Shown here in pieces: positions 28,721 through 37,805 of a stretch of DNA of 64,000 bases; the first letter of the stretch is position 1; every line of letters starts with the position of its first letter. The notes below the pieces were generated by a model that saw nothing but the letters and a program-made list of their open reading frames with translations, ran no database searches and had not been told where the DNA came from. Made by a program: the position numbers and the translations under genes. The stretch is taken from the sequence record OL451225.1, one strand, 5' to 3'. The DNA is from Escherichia phage P896.

Positions 28721-30005
28721 AAGCTAACTGGCTCGCTAATGAAGCTTCGGCCATATGGATGCATGGAGTATAGATGAATGCTTTGTCCACTGAAACACCC
28801 TGTGCCTTATGGATTGTACTGACCGGAAGAGCACGAACTTTCAAGAAGGTCCGGCGAGCTTTCCAGAAGTCTTTCCATTCTGGACGTTTACCAGCGGCTT
28901 TCATCTGTTTGTATGTGTCAGCAACTTTAGCCAGGTATGCCTGGAATTTTGGTTGCTGGTCTTCTGGTAAAACTTTGATGCGGTCAACCTGATATTCTTC
29001 ATCTTCATCAATTGACTCAACTTCCAGGTCCCAGTAATTAATCACCAACTGGTGCGATTCGCCTTTACAACGGAGAATTGTGGAAGTGTATTTGCAATCC
29101 TTGATGCGAACCAACTGACCATTATTAAAAATGGTTTCGCTGAATTTCTTGCCTTCAAATTCCAGCTCTTTCATGTGTGGCTCTTGCATAACCAGGACTT
29201 CATACGGTAAAAATGCTTTATCTGTTTCATAGAGCTTGCGACGAATAATATTGTTCAGTTTTTCAACTGATTTATTCGTGTACGCATACATCCTGTTTTC
29301 CATCAACATATCAGCATCTTTTACAATACCGAAATAGTTTATCATGAAATCCTTTAAAGCGGTTTGTGAGGTAAAACCCTGCACACCATGACCATCATAC
29401 ATACAGTCGCGGAACCAACCACCATTGCGAATTTCTGTCGCCACTTCAATGATAGGAGCATTGCTTCGCATGACTTCAGTCAGATGAATCTGTTTGAACT
29501 TAGGATGCGTAAAGAATGGGCTTATCTTTTGTTGTGTGCTTCCTGGGTCAACTGGCTGCAGCTGGTGCATATCACCAATCCCAAGAATAGTACACCATTC
29601 AGGAACAGAGTTAAGAATAATCTTAAACAGAGACCCGTCATACATACTCGCTTCATCACAAACCAGAACATTACATTTTGACATATCAGGCATTTCGCGC
29701 TGTTCAAAAACGTTTTGGTCTTCATATGTGGTCGGGTTAATCTTCAAGATACTATGGATTGTATTCGCTGTTTGACCAGACAATTTAGATAAAACTTTTT
29801 TCGCCTGGTGAGTTGGTGCAGCAAGCACAATTCCCATAACTCCATTACGCACTAAATGGTCAATGACAAATTTTGTCAGAGTAGTTTTACCTGTACCAGC
29901 TGGACCATTCAGAGTGATACATTCCCCTGAACGTCGCTGAATAGCTTCAGTGATATAATCAAAAGCTTCTTTTTGTCCTGTGTTCAAGTCTTCAAATTTA
30001 ATCAT
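28677..30005 (-). CDS. dda: Dda DNA helicase (SF1B)
   Basis: 442 aa (T4 Dda 439 aa); Walker A GPAGTGKTT and blocks LAAPTH.AKK.LSKLSG..A.TIHSILKINP and YVG.TR.RYD match T4 Dda as I recall it. Confidence 0.92.
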   Translation of the reverse strand: MIKFEDLNTGQKEAFDYITEAIQRRSGECITLNGPAGTGKTTLTKFVIDHLVRNGVMGIVLAAPTHQAKKVLSKLSGQTANTIHSILKINPTTYEDQNVFEQREMPDMSKCNVLVCDEASMYDGSLFKIILNSVPEWCTILGIGDMHQLQPVDPGSTQQKISPFFTHPKFKQIHLTEVMRSNAPIIEVATEIRNGGWFRDCMYDGHGVQGFTSQTALKDFMINYFGIVKDADMLMENRMYAYTNKSVEKLNNIIRRKLYETDKAFLPYEVLVMQEPHMKELEFEGKKFSETIFNNGQLVRIKDCKYTSTILRCKGESHQLVINYWDLEVESIDEDEEYQVDRIKVLPEDQQPKFQAYLAKVADTYKQMKAAGKRPEWKDFWKARRTFLKVRALPVSTIHKAQGVSVDKAFIYTPCIHMAEASLASQLAYVGITRARYDAYYV

Positions 30006-30301
30006 GCCAATTTTACTCGCTTAACATATAAAGTATCTAAAACTAATTTCAATTCTCGTGCGTGTTCTTCAGTAGGAAAAACAGTTTTTGTTTCCCGCTT
30101 ATCAAACCACCATTTTCTGGGAGTACACCGTGTTTCTATACGTCCCATACTTAAATATCTTTTTGTATTATATAAATAGCCAGCCATTTCATAATCTGCG
30201 ACAGCTTTTGTGGCGTATAAGGTCACCTTTCCATCATACTCCAATGGGCGTTCAAAACCATCTTTATCTTTGTGGACCAGCACATATGCGTAGTACATCA
30301 C
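30002..30301 (-). CDS. Hypothetical protein (dda.1 position)
   Basis: 99 aa ORF in track. Confidence 0.45.
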   Translation of the reverse strand: MMYYAYVLVHKDKDGFERPLEYDGKVTLYATKAVADYEMAGYLYNTKRYLSMGRIETRCTPRKWWFDKRETKTVFPTEEHARELKLVLDTLYVKRVKLA

Positions 30302-30302
30302 A

Positions 30303-31046
30303 TTAACCTCTAATCAGTTTAAAAATTGACGCGTTCAAAGGTAGACCTTTTTTCAGTTTAAGGCGGTCAATGAATGACAACTTATCTAAACGCTCCAGAC
30401 CTTGAATAATTTTATCATACATATCGTAACGCGTTTCAGCGTCAGATGATTTCATTTTCAGACGCCAGTCAGGACCGCCCATAACCATTTTCAGTCCACG
30501 TTGACTAGTTCCGATGGAAGCCATTTGTCCATGGATACGAGCCTTGACTGCAATCACAGAAGGGGTGGTATCTTTAGCGCCACTTTTATAAAGCTCTTTT
30601 AAATGTTTTTGACGCTTCTTGATTCCACGTTCGGTATCTTTAATATTTTTAACAATTTTGCGAATTTTATAATAGTCAGCAGGAGTTACTTTAAAACTAT
30701 TGGGCATCTTAGAACCACCATTAATACGCACCGCCAAACGAGTCTGTGCACGTTTAAGTTCATCAAGAGATAAATCAGCACGTAAACCGTTGTACTTAGT
30801 TTTGACAGGGATAACATTGCCTTCAATATAACCTATATCATTGTTAAAGCGTTCAAAGGAAACTTTATCTTGAGTTGAATTTTCATCAAAACGTTCACCA
30901 GAATACGCACAGAATTCTTGTTTCAAAAGATTGGCGATATACTTACTAGACAGATTGAAATCCTTGTTACGACGTTTTGCAGACGTTTTGGTATGCTCGC
31001 GACGTTTGTAAACTTTTAATTCAAACTCTTCTTTTGACATATTCAT
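30303..31046 (-). CDS. Srd-like protein (by size and position)
   Basis: 247 aa basic protein between dda.1 and the ART genes, where T4 carries srd (about 250 aa); no motif confirmation. Confidence 0.4.
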   Translation of the reverse strand: MNMSKEEFELKVYKRREHTKTSAKRRNKDFNLSSKYIANLLKQEFCAYSGERFDENSTQDKVSFERFNNDIGYIEGNVIPVKTKYNGLRADLSLDELKRAQTRLAVRINGGSKMPNSFKVTPADYYKIRKIVKNIKDTERGIKKRQKHLKELYKSGAKDTTPSVIAVKARIHGQMASIGTSQRGLKMVMGGPDWRLKMKSSDAETRYDMYDKIIQGLERLDKLSFIDRLKLKKGLPLNASIFKLIRG

Positions 31047-31082
31047 GATATTTTTCTCATCTTACGGACGATTGAAAACTCA

Positions 31083-31120
31083 GTATGGATTCATTATACA
31101 CTATTCATCTTTTATGTACA
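31083..31120 (-). promoter_or_regulatory. Early promoter cassette (TGTACA / 16 bp / TATAAT), PeSL-like
   Basis: Minus strand: aaaaagtagTGTACAtaaaagatgaatagtgTATAATgaatccatactgagtttt. Confidence 0.55.
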
Positions 31121-31202
31121 CTACTTTTTAGCCTTTAACGCTTTTATTTTTACTGTGTATAATGGTTCTAAGGTCTTTGGCCTTTTGTTAACCCAGAATA
31201 CT

Positions 31203-31817
31203 TCAGTAAGAAAGAACGGAAAGATTCCATAATTTATAGTCTTCCCATCTATAAATGCTCTCAATAGAGTCCACGCGTAGCGTAGTTCCCGCAGGGAACA
31301 TCATCTCATCTTCATCATTTACTAATTGTAAGTTTGAAGAACGAGTTATTTCAGGATATAGTCCGTTGAACTCTTCAGGAGGTGCCGCACAAATCATTTT
31401 AAAAATCGCTTCCTGATAATCAAATGCGAATGGTGCATCATTAATACAGAAAATATTTTTGGTTCCATAGAAGCTAAAGGAAGCAAAGTTACGCGCAACA
31501 CTGAAATCTTTGGAGAAACTCATTACACGGTCAAACTCAATCGTAGCACCAACACATCCTACGGTTTCAAGATATGCCAAAGTTTTCTTAGAAATCCCGC
31601 GATATAACTTACCAGGCACAACAGAAGTCAAATTCTTACGAATAATTTTGTTCAAAGTTTCCTGGATAGTGTCTGGCTTATTTTCCATGCACTGCCAGAG
31701 TGTACTCTGTTCCAACTCAGAGTAAATTTCATCAATTTCAATCTGGGTATTTTCGCGAAAATATTCACATTTAACTGCATTGATGTACTCTGCTAATTGG
31801 TGACTTGCGTACAGCAT
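31203..31817 (-). CDS. ModA/ModB-family mono-ADP-ribosyltransferase (R-S-ExE class)
   Basis: Track ORF 31203..31850; likely start at ATG 31817 (MLYASHQ...). Motifs in order: LYRG (Arg), SFSKD (S-x-S), DEDEMMF (ExE). Which of the pair is modA and which modB is not resolved. Confidence 0.7.
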   Translation of the reverse strand: MLYASHQLAEYINAVKCEYFRENTQIEIDEIYSELEQSTLWQCMENKPDTIQETLNKIIRKNLTSVVPGKLYRGISKKTLAYLETVGCVGATIEFDRVMSFSKDFSVARNFASFSFYGTKNIFCINDAPFAFDYQEAIFKMICAAPPEEFNGLYPEITRSSNLQLVNDEDEMMFPAGTTLRVDSIESIYRWEDYKLWNLSVLSY

Positions 31818-31848
31818 TTTATTATCCTCATCAGTAGTTGATAGGAAC

Positions 31849-31885
31849 ATCTTAACATGTCTTATTGTGCTTGTACACAGTCAAG
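31849..31885 (-). promoter_or_regulatory. Early promoter cassette (TGTACA / 17 bp / TAAGAT) with ATCAACTACTG leader
   Basis: Minus strand: TGTACAagcacaataagacatgtTAAGATgttcctATCAACTACTGATGAGgataataaaATG. Confidence 0.5.
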
Positions 31886-32422
31886 AACATAATAATCACC
31901 AACAAATCCAGCATCAACTATCACGAATTTCTGGTCAACTGGAACAAACCATTCAAGCTCAGAATCAATCATGTCCATGTATTCTTCACGTCTTAACGTT
32001 GCCGCCTGTTCGGAACCAGAAGCAGTATTGAAGAATTCCAGTGGGACGTCAAGCGCGATTTTGCGCATCGCATCATGGTAACAAAAAGCTTTGGTCTGAT
32101 TCAATCTGACGATAGTCCTAGTCACATATTCCATTGCAGCAAAATCTCTGGCAATACCATAGTCTTCTGTAAAGGAGGTTATCCTTCCAAATTCAAAAGG
32201 TTGCATTGATTCTTTTGCTTCATCTAACAAATCAATCTCTTGTTGGGTAACCCCGCGATACAAGACTGTATCGGGTATAGATAACCTTGACTTGATGATT
32301 GAGTTAACGTTTGAATGCAAGGTCTTATCAACCTTTGATGTGCGGCATTCAAATAATGAAGCTATCTCCATTTCATTAAATTTTAACTGGTTGGGTTCGG
32401 TATCAGATTTGATGATGTTCAT
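31862..32422 (-). CDS. ModA/ModB-family mono-ADP-ribosyltransferase (R-S-ExE class)
   Basis: 186 aa; motifs VLYRGV (Arg), ITSFTEDYG (S-x-S/T), SELEWFVP (ExE); adjacent to its paralogue as modA-modB are in T4. Confidence 0.7.
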   Translation of the reverse strand: MNIIKSDTEPNQLKFNEMEIASLFECRTSKVDKTLHSNVNSIIKSRLSIPDTVLYRGVTQQEIDLLDEAKESMQPFEFGRITSFTEDYGIARDFAAMEYVTRTIVRLNQTKAFCYHDAMRKIALDVPLEFFNTASGSEQAATLRREEYMDMIDSELEWFVPVDQKFVIVDAGFVGDYYVLDCVQAQ

Positions 32423-32478
32423 AATGGCCTCTCTGTTGTAAGAAAGACCATTATGTCATTAGGAGGGGAGTAAGTAAA

Positions 32479-32733
32479 CTACTTAAATACTCCAAGTGGG
32501 ACGCCAAAGACTGCAATGTCTACGGCCATGCCAATCGGAGATTGATATGATGAGTAAGAACTTTTCGATTCTGGCGGTCGTTCGGCTTTAATTGTCTTGG
32601 ATTCAGTCTTAATCCTTTGTAAGCGATTAATTTTTTGTTGCTCAATTTCCTTATGAGCATGTTTACGGTCGATATCCAGTGCCGATATGGGGATATTTGT
32701 TAACCAGTTCATCGTTTCACCCATGGTGCCCAT
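32479..32733 (-). CDS. Hypothetical protein
   Basis: 84 aa ORF; hydrophobic C-terminus and an SSYSSY low-complexity stretch. Confidence 0.4.
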   Translation of the reverse strand: MGTMGETMNWLTNIPISALDIDRKHAHKEIEQQKINRLQRIKTESKTIKAERPPESKSSYSSYQSPIGMAVDIAVFGVPLGVFK

Positions 32734-32887
32734 GGAGGTGGGTCGTCGTAATATGAGGCCAGGTCGCGCAGAACTTCCGTTGGGAGACTAAAACCATGCT
32801 TCTGTATAATCGCATCAAGTTCGTCAACTAGGTCCACACGGGCTTCCGTATGAGCTTTAGGCTCTTCAAAAAGTTCAAATAAATCCA

Positions 32888-33376
32888 TTAGTAACCACCA
32901 ATCGGACCGTAACCATACATACGAGCACGCATTTTAGTATCTTGAATAGCTTCTTCTGTTAAAGTAAAGCGTAAACCAATATCAAAGTGCTTCCAAATCT
33001 GACGTTCAACTTCAGCAAGGTCGTCGGTAGTGGAAATCAGATATGTGCGACCTTTAAGTCGTTCTTCCGAAATTCTATCGGTATCTTTATAGAAAATATC
33101 CGCAGTACCTTCTGCATACGGGTCCGGGTGGCGATAGCCTTTGATGTGTAGAGCTTCGGAAACAGTAAACGGACACCCTTCAGCCACATTAACGTTTTTG
33201 TTATGATATACCTTCAACATAATATTTTCTGGCATCGTCAGGTTCATTAATTTTGTTTCCAACTCAGTAACCGAATCCATGCCATTATATGCAAAGATAA
33301 GACAGGCTGTTGCATCGTAAGGCCGTGTTTGCCCAGCAGAATCACGGACATAGAATTCTAATTCATATACTTTCAT
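32888..33376 (-). CDS. Hypothetical protein (Mrh-position)
   Basis: 162 aa ORF between the ART genes and soc, where T4 has mrh (about 161 aa). Confidence 0.45.
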   Translation of the reverse strand: MKVYELEFYVRDSAGQTRPYDATACLIFAYNGMDSVTELETKLMNLTMPENIMLKVYHNKNVNVAEGCPFTVSEALHIKGYRHPDPYAEGTADIFYKDTDRISEERLKGRTYLISTTDDLAEVERQIWKHFDIGLRFTLTEEAIQDTKMRARMYGYGPIGGY

Positions 33377-33522
33377 AATGTTTTCCTCTTACCAACTAAT
33401 GGACCATCAGGAACTTTATTTTCCTTGATGTACTTTTCATTTTCTTCCATCATTTTACTGCCAATTTTCAAAAGCAAATCCAGTGCTTCTTTTGCCTGAC
33501 GTTCAGCTTCTTCTTGTGTCAT
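33373..33522 (-). CDS. Small hypothetical protein (49 aa)
   Basis: [49 protein letters not shown] read by hand; ATGA/TGATG overlaps with both neighbours. Confidence 0.35.
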   Translation of the reverse strand: MTQEEAERQAKEALDLLLKIGSKMMEENEKYIKENKVPDGPLVGKRKTL

Positions 33523-33713
33523 GATTTATCTCCGTAGATATCACGCATCAGTTTAAGCACAGCTCGTTCAGCCTTCTTTTCCTGCATGACTTTAAGCCCT
33601 GTAGCCGCCCATTCTTCCGCTTCGCGCTGCATTTCTTCCTCGGCTCTGGCCACCCAAGAATCATCAATCCCTGGAGTAACCAACCAATCTTTAAGCCAAC
33701 TTGTAATTCTCAT
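33519..33713 (-). CDS. Hypothetical protein
   Basis: 64 aa ORF in track. Confidence 0.4.
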   Translation of the reverse strand: MRITSWLKDWLVTPGIDDSWVARAEEEMQREAEEWAATGLKVMQEKKAERAVLKLMRDIYGDKS

Positions 33714-34073
33714 TTAATCACACGAGCTGGAAGACGAATCGCAGCTTCCTGAATCATAGGAGGAATAAGACGAATCACCAGTCCACGAACTGACAGCGGC
33801 CGCAGTAACCACAATCGGAGTGGTATCTATAATCGGAGTAGTATCAACATGACTCGTAGAACGTCTTGAATCCAGATGCTCTTTTAACTTTTTCGAATTC
33901 AATGGCAATGCACCTGGTCCGACATTACCGGCTTTTTCTGGTCGGCGACGAACTTCTTCCATCATACCATCGCCCATGTAAACATATTCTCTTAGCTTGA
34001 CATCTGGTAGGCTAACAGGAACCACACCTTCATTCGGTTTAGTCTTGAATAAATTCTTGAGCCAACTAATCAT
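33714..34073 (-). CDS. Hypothetical protein with Ser-rich C-terminus
   Basis: 119 aa; C-terminal SSYSSYDSGSCDSSSSSCD low-complexity tail. Confidence 0.4.
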   Translation of the reverse strand: MISWLKNLFKTKPNEGVVPVSLPDVKLREYVYMGDGMMEEVRRRPEKAGNVGPGALPLNSKKLKEHLDSRRSTSHVDTTPIIDTTPIVVTAAAVSSWTGDSSYSSYDSGSCDSSSSSCD

Positions 34074-34267
34074 AGGAAACCTCGTTTAAATTCAACTTTA
34101 CCATCATCACAACGGATTTCAATATTGAATTCTAAAGAATCATCATCGTGCATCATGAACGAGTGTACGACAACCTCATCAAACACACCCAGACCATACT
34201 TAAAATGTACATCATGGGCAATAACTTCGTCTAAAGTTTTGTTCGGTTTAATCCAACGGTTTAACAT
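34070..34267 (-). CDS. Hypothetical protein
   Basis: 65 aa ORF in track. Confidence 0.4.
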   Translation of the reverse strand: MLNRWIKPNKTLDEVIAHDVHFKYGLGVFDEVVVHSFMMHDDDSLEFNIEIRCDDGKVEFKRGFL

Positions 34268-34312
34268 AGTATTCTCCTCTGTAGTTGAGATAATTATACC
34301 ATCTCTATTAAA

Positions 34313-34338
34313 AGCAAAAAGGGAACCCGAAGGTTCCC
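34313..34338 (-). terminator. Intrinsic terminator after soc
   Basis: gggaacccgaaggttccc hairpin followed on the minus strand by a T-run, immediately 3' of soc. Confidence 0.6.
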
Positions 34339-34343
34339 TATAA

Positions 34344-34577
34344 TTAAACTACTGGGGTAGGCGTAAACATTGCCGCGTTCTTAGTTCGCCAATCGGCTGC
34401 ATCAGTCACTACAGTAGTATATGCTGCAACGGCCGAAGGGAAAGTCTGATAGTGCGCATCAGCAATACGGTGCTCGTTCGAATAGATTTCAAACGGAACT
34501 GATACTTCAACGCCTTTAACTTCTTTACCTTCACCAGCTGGATGCGTGAAGGTTTTGATATTAACGAAACCACCCAT
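34344..34577 (-). CDS. soc: Small outer capsid protein Soc
   Basis: 77 aa; GFVNIKTF and ADAHYQTFPS motifs match T4 Soc (GYVNIKTF, GAHYQTFPS) as I recall it. Confidence 0.85.
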   Translation of the reverse strand: MGGFVNIKTFTHPAGEGKEVKGVEVSVPFEIYSNEHRIADAHYQTFPSAVAAYTTVVTDAADWRTKNAAMFTPTPVV

Positions 34578-34608
34578 AATAAACTCCTTTGTTGTTTAAT
34601 TACAGGTG

Positions 34609-34616
34609 TATTTATA
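34609..34616 (-). promoter_or_regulatory. T4-type late promoter (TATAAATA) for soc
   Basis: Minus strand reads TATAAATA 31 nt upstream of the soc ATG. Confidence 0.6.
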
Positions 34617-34618
34617 AC

Positions 34619-34900
34619 TTACAATTTGGCGGCTTGGACTGCTTTATTGGCTTCAGTCATTTTAGCTAGATTTTCAGCAGTAGGATTGGCAATGTATTCG
34701 GCTGTAGCTTGAGCAAAAACATTATGAGTTTCGATTACATTTTTAGCATTTTCAGTATTCATATCAATTTCTTGTTTAGATAAATTTTTTAGTTGATTGG
34801 CTAAGAGTTCTACAAAGATTTCAACATTAGCGTTTTCAATTATAGCATTAATATGCTTCTTACGAGCTTTCTTAAGTTGACGTTTATTTAAACGAGCCAT
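34619..34900 (-). CDS. Hypothetical protein (soc.1 position)
   Basis: 93 aa ORF in track. Confidence 0.45.
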   Translation of the reverse strand: MARLNKRQLKKARKKHINAIIENANVEIFVELLANQLKNLSKQEIDMNTENAKNVIETHNVFAQATAEYIANPTAENLAKMTEANKAVQAAKL

Positions 34901-35418
34901 TAATAACCTCGGTCTTGGCGAGCAAAGTTCTCGGCATTTTTCAGGTAATACAGTTTAAAGATTTCTTCTGCTGTCAGACCAAGACCATGGAACATATTCA
35001 GAACAAAGTGCAGGATATCAATCATTTCGAATTTAATTTCGAGCTGGTCTTCAGGAGACAATTCATCAATACGACGATTACGGAATTCAGCATGTTGCGC
35101 TTTCCACGGCTTCCAGCAACTGGATGCGGCTTTCTCACCATTAGACATGCCACCGAGCGAAGTCAGAAGTTCACGGAATTCGTCGTCGACATAATCTTTC
35201 TGGTTACGAAGCCATGCAACAACATCGCCTGCGGTTGCCAATTCATCTGGATGTGTGTTATATTCTGGTTTTTCTGTAGCCAGACGAACCTGCAAAGATT
35301 TCTGCATATCAAGCATAATCTGCAGAGGGTCATCATTGCCTTTTAGGACATCATTATACGCATCTTGCGCTTTATCAACACCAGCAATCAGTTGAGAACA
35401 CTCGTTAAAATGAGCCAT
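34900..35418 (-). CDS. 56: dCTP pyrophosphatase (dCTPase/dUTPase) gp56
   Basis: Track ORF 34900..35436; likely start at ATG 35418 (MAHFNECSQLIAGVDKAQ...); MAHFNEC, DPLQ.MLDMQ, ETAGDVV.W, IDDEFRELLTSLG, SPEDQLEIKFE..DI.HFVLNMF and EEIFKLYYLKN.ENFARQDRGY blocks match T4 gp56 as I recall it. Confidence 0.88.
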   Translation of the reverse strand: MAHFNECSQLIAGVDKAQDAYNDVLKGNDDPLQIMLDMQKSLQVRLATEKPEYNTHPDELATAGDVVAWLRNQKDYVDDEFRELLTSLGGMSNGEKAASSCWKPWKAQHAEFRNRRIDELSPEDQLEIKFEMIDILHFVLNMFHGLGLTAEEIFKLYYLKNAENFARQDRGY

Positions 35419-35502
35419 TATATTTTTCCTTATCAATTCATATTGTTTGTATGTTAATTATATCATATTGGTTTAAAGCATAAATACAAGAAAGGAGGAT
35501 GT

Positions 35503-35700
35503 ATGCTCAAACTATCTAGTCTAATTCAAGCCATCAAAGGCAGTCGTAAGCGAACGATTCTGGTCCTTTCGATACTCTGTTTTGTTCTACTCTGGAATTT
35601 CATTGTTGTCCCTATTGCATTGGCACATGGTGTTATATTGCCAGTCGTCGCGCTCGAATCAGTTGTAGATGTTTCACTGGCATTAATCGGCCTTATATAA
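35503..35700 (+). CDS. Small two-TM membrane protein on the opposite (+) strand
   Basis: 65 aa ORF with a strong SD (aaaggagg, 5 nt before the ATG); hydrophobic segments TILVLSILCFVLLWNFIVVPIALA and VVDVSLALIGLI; the only plausible + strand gene inside the minus-strand early block. Confidence 0.45.
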   Translation: MLKLSSLIQAIKGSRKRTILVLSILCFVLLWNFIVVPIALAHGVILPVVALESVVDVSLALIGLI

Positions 35701-35808
35701 ATGGAACTTACTGGTTGTGCCTATCGCTGCAACACAAGGGGTGCACTTACCCCAGGTCACAATAGAACATATTCATTCCATCATCGGTTACTTTACCGGA
35801 ATCCCTTC

Positions 35809-36837
35809 CTAAACTTTTGCGTACTTCGAAAGTCGCATTCTCGCCATCAATCCTTGAGCAACGTTATCGGCCATATATGATTCGATTTGTTCAGGGGTTG
35901 CCCCTTCTGATTTAACCATCTCATTTATGTCTTTCGTATGCCATGGTGCATTGTCCCAGAACATAACAGCTTCGCCAGCTTCAACGAGCTTCTTCATACG
36001 TTTAATCGTATCCGGATGTCTTGGCTCGTTGTCCATTACCCATACTCTTGTTTCAGCATAAGGAACAGCTTCCAATGCCAATGTGCCACCGGTTATCGCA
36101 ATGCTGTTAGGGATAAACAAACTATCAATTGGACCTTCCATTACCCATACGCGTTTACGCTCATCAATCTTGTCTACTCCATAGACTTTGGAAGCTTCTG
36201 GGTGAGCTTTGATTGTGATATATTTTTGTGGTGCATCTTTGCGAAGAGCTCGTCCTTGGAAAGATTCGATTTCTTTTTTGCCGTTGAAGATAGGAATAAC
36301 CAAGCGTGGTTCATTCGTTTCATTCTTATACGTCCCAGGATTGACGGAGTTAACTAATGCAGGCCATTTGTTTGTAAACCATAACCGGTTCCAAACATTG
36401 CTAGGAATACACCGACTTTTTACATACTTAATTATCGGATGTGCTTCTGGTAAAGTATCGAGTCTTTCACAAAAAGCAAGCTGCTCGATAACCGGAGTTT
36501 TTTCTGGTTCTTTCGGAGTTTCTGCAACTTCATTGCGCTGTCTGCCAAAGGCATTCTCCTTATACTTCTCAACCATATATTCCCGGTGTAAATCCGGCTC
36601 AAACTCTTTTATGTATTTGCTTATATGCGTGGAGTAGTCACAGTTAAAACATTTCACGTAAACCGCGCCATCAGACGGATTGGTATACGCCCAGAATCTG
36701 GCTTTATGTGAATCTTTCTGGGAGTCGCCACAAACTTTACATCTGCAGTTTGCCTTAAATGTGCTCCCGGTGACTTCTCTATAACGTGGTTGATACGATA
36801 AAGCTCTGATTGCAAATTCTCTATCAATATATGACAT
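35809..36837 (-). CDS. 61: DNA primase gp61
   Basis: 342 aa (T4 gp61 342 aa); zinc-binding CxxC...C.NC motif at the N-terminus and a Toprim region (SFQGRAL.KDAPQKYITI, EGPIDSLFI, RVWV.DNEPRHPDTIKRM) matching T4 gp61 as I recall it. Confidence 0.92.
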   Translation of the reverse strand: MSYIDREFAIRALSYQPRYREVTGSTFKANCRCKVCGDSQKDSHKARFWAYTNPSDGAVYVKCFNCDYSTHISKYIKEFEPDLHREYMVEKYKENAFGRQRNEVAETPKEPEKTPVIEQLAFCERLDTLPEAHPIIKYVKSRCIPSNVWNRLWFTNKWPALVNSVNPGTYKNETNEPRLVIPIFNGKKEIESFQGRALRKDAPQKYITIKAHPEASKVYGVDKIDERKRVWVMEGPIDSLFIPNSIAITGGTLALEAVPYAETRVWVMDNEPRHPDTIKRMKKLVEAGEAVMFWDNAPWHTKDINEMVKSEGATPEQIESYMADNVAQGLMARMRLSKYAKV

Positions 36838-37056
36838 AGTTTCCTCATTTCAATGGCCCCGAAGGACCATTATACTGTAGGTTTATCGTCTTTGTTCTTA
36901 CGCTTTTTTGATGGGATTTGTTCAGGGCCTTTATTGACAACTGCCCCGGAAGTGGTACCTGTTGTGATATTAGTTGGGTTTCCACCTGCATCACCTGCAA
37001 CCATATCTTCGTTGATAAAATCTTTGAATGTTTTCATAACACCCCCTTTCCGCTAT

Positions 37057-37248
37057 TTATACAACAAAGATAGCTTTATCACCATTTGCATCAGTCACTT
37101 CATAAGTGTCTTCATGATACAACGGAATAATCCAGGTAACACCATCATCAGCGATAACATGGATTGCTTCTTGGTCTTGCGACACGATTTCATATTCTTC
37201 AAAAAGCTGGAAGACCGAAATCTTAGAGCCCGTACACATTGCACTCAT
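37057..37248 (-). CDS. Hypothetical protein
   Basis: 63 aa ORF in track. Confidence 0.4.
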   Translation of the reverse strand: MSAMCTGSKISVFQLFEEYEIVSQDQEAIHVIADDGVTWIIPLYHEDTYEVTDANGDKAIFVV

Positions 37249-37444
37249 ATTGTTCCCTTCTTTTAATCAATTGACGATGTGCCTTTTTAAGTTTACGAAT
37301 CTGACGTTTAGTCGGTCGCGCAACGTAAGCTTGTGTAGTTACTCGTCCAAAAACACCATACTTAGGCGAAGGAGTATCAATAAAGACTTCCCACTGGCAA
37401 GAGTAACTATATATTGCTTTAGAGAATTGGGTCAAAACAAACAT
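37223..37444 (-). CDS. Hypothetical basic protein
   Basis: 73 aa ORF; start codon lies inside the 45 nt junction repeat. Confidence 0.45.
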   Translation of the reverse strand: MFVLTQFSKAIYSYSCQWEVFIDTPSPKYGVFGRVTTQAYVARPTKRQIRKLKKAHRQLIKRREQYECNVYGL

Positions 37445-37485
37445 ATTAACCTCGCTTCATGAAGGCATTAAAAATCTGGTCATCA
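37441..37485 (-). repeat. Direct repeat copy 1 (gene-junction cassette: last 12 codons + stop + 5 nt + ATG)
   Basis: catattaacctcgcttcatgaaggcattaaaaatctggtcatcaa matches 37801-37845 at 42 of 44 positions. Confidence 0.8.
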
Positions 37486-37805
37486 ATATCAGTAGGCGGT
37501 TCTTGAGCTTTGACCCAAGCCCCTTCCAGAATGTCATTTGCTTCAGTAGATATCATGACCCCAATTTCAGGGTTTCCGGTTATCCAGGCTGCACAATCGC
37601 GGACATTCTTTTTATCAAATGGATAACCACGATTATCTTCACAAGGCCCATTCATTGTCATAAATGAACGAGCCTTTATGATAACATCATCTTTAACGAT
37701 AATATAACCAATCGCCTGATTAAACCGTGGCTCACGAAATTCATAATGGGCATTACCATCATTATTGCTCGCCAGTTCAAAATTCAGAAAATTATAATAA
37801 CTCAT
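37446..37805 (-). CDS. Hypothetical protein ending in DDQIFNAFMKRG
   Basis: 119 aa ORF; C-terminal 12 residues and the downstream junction are shared with the next gene upstream. Confidence 0.5.
   Translation of the reverse strand: MSYYNFLNFELASNNDGNAHYEFREPRFNQAIGYIIVKDDVIIKARSFMTMNGPCEDNRGYPFDKKNVRDCAAWITGNPEIGVMISTEANDILEGAWVKAQEPPTDIDDQIFNAFMKRG

Noticed and set aside
30303-31046. Degenerate HNH-like segment (CAYSGERFD...IGYIEGNVIPV) in the Srd-position protein
   Set aside because: The metal-binding His/Cys and catalytic His of HNH nucleases are not present, so a homing endonuclease call is not supported.
36853-37266. 137 aa + strand ORF in the 61-41 region
   Set aside because: Overlaps three minus-strand ORFs, has no SD and an odd composition; a possible 55 aa minus-strand ORF (36877..37041) seen by hand in the same interval was left out of the feature list as too uncertain.
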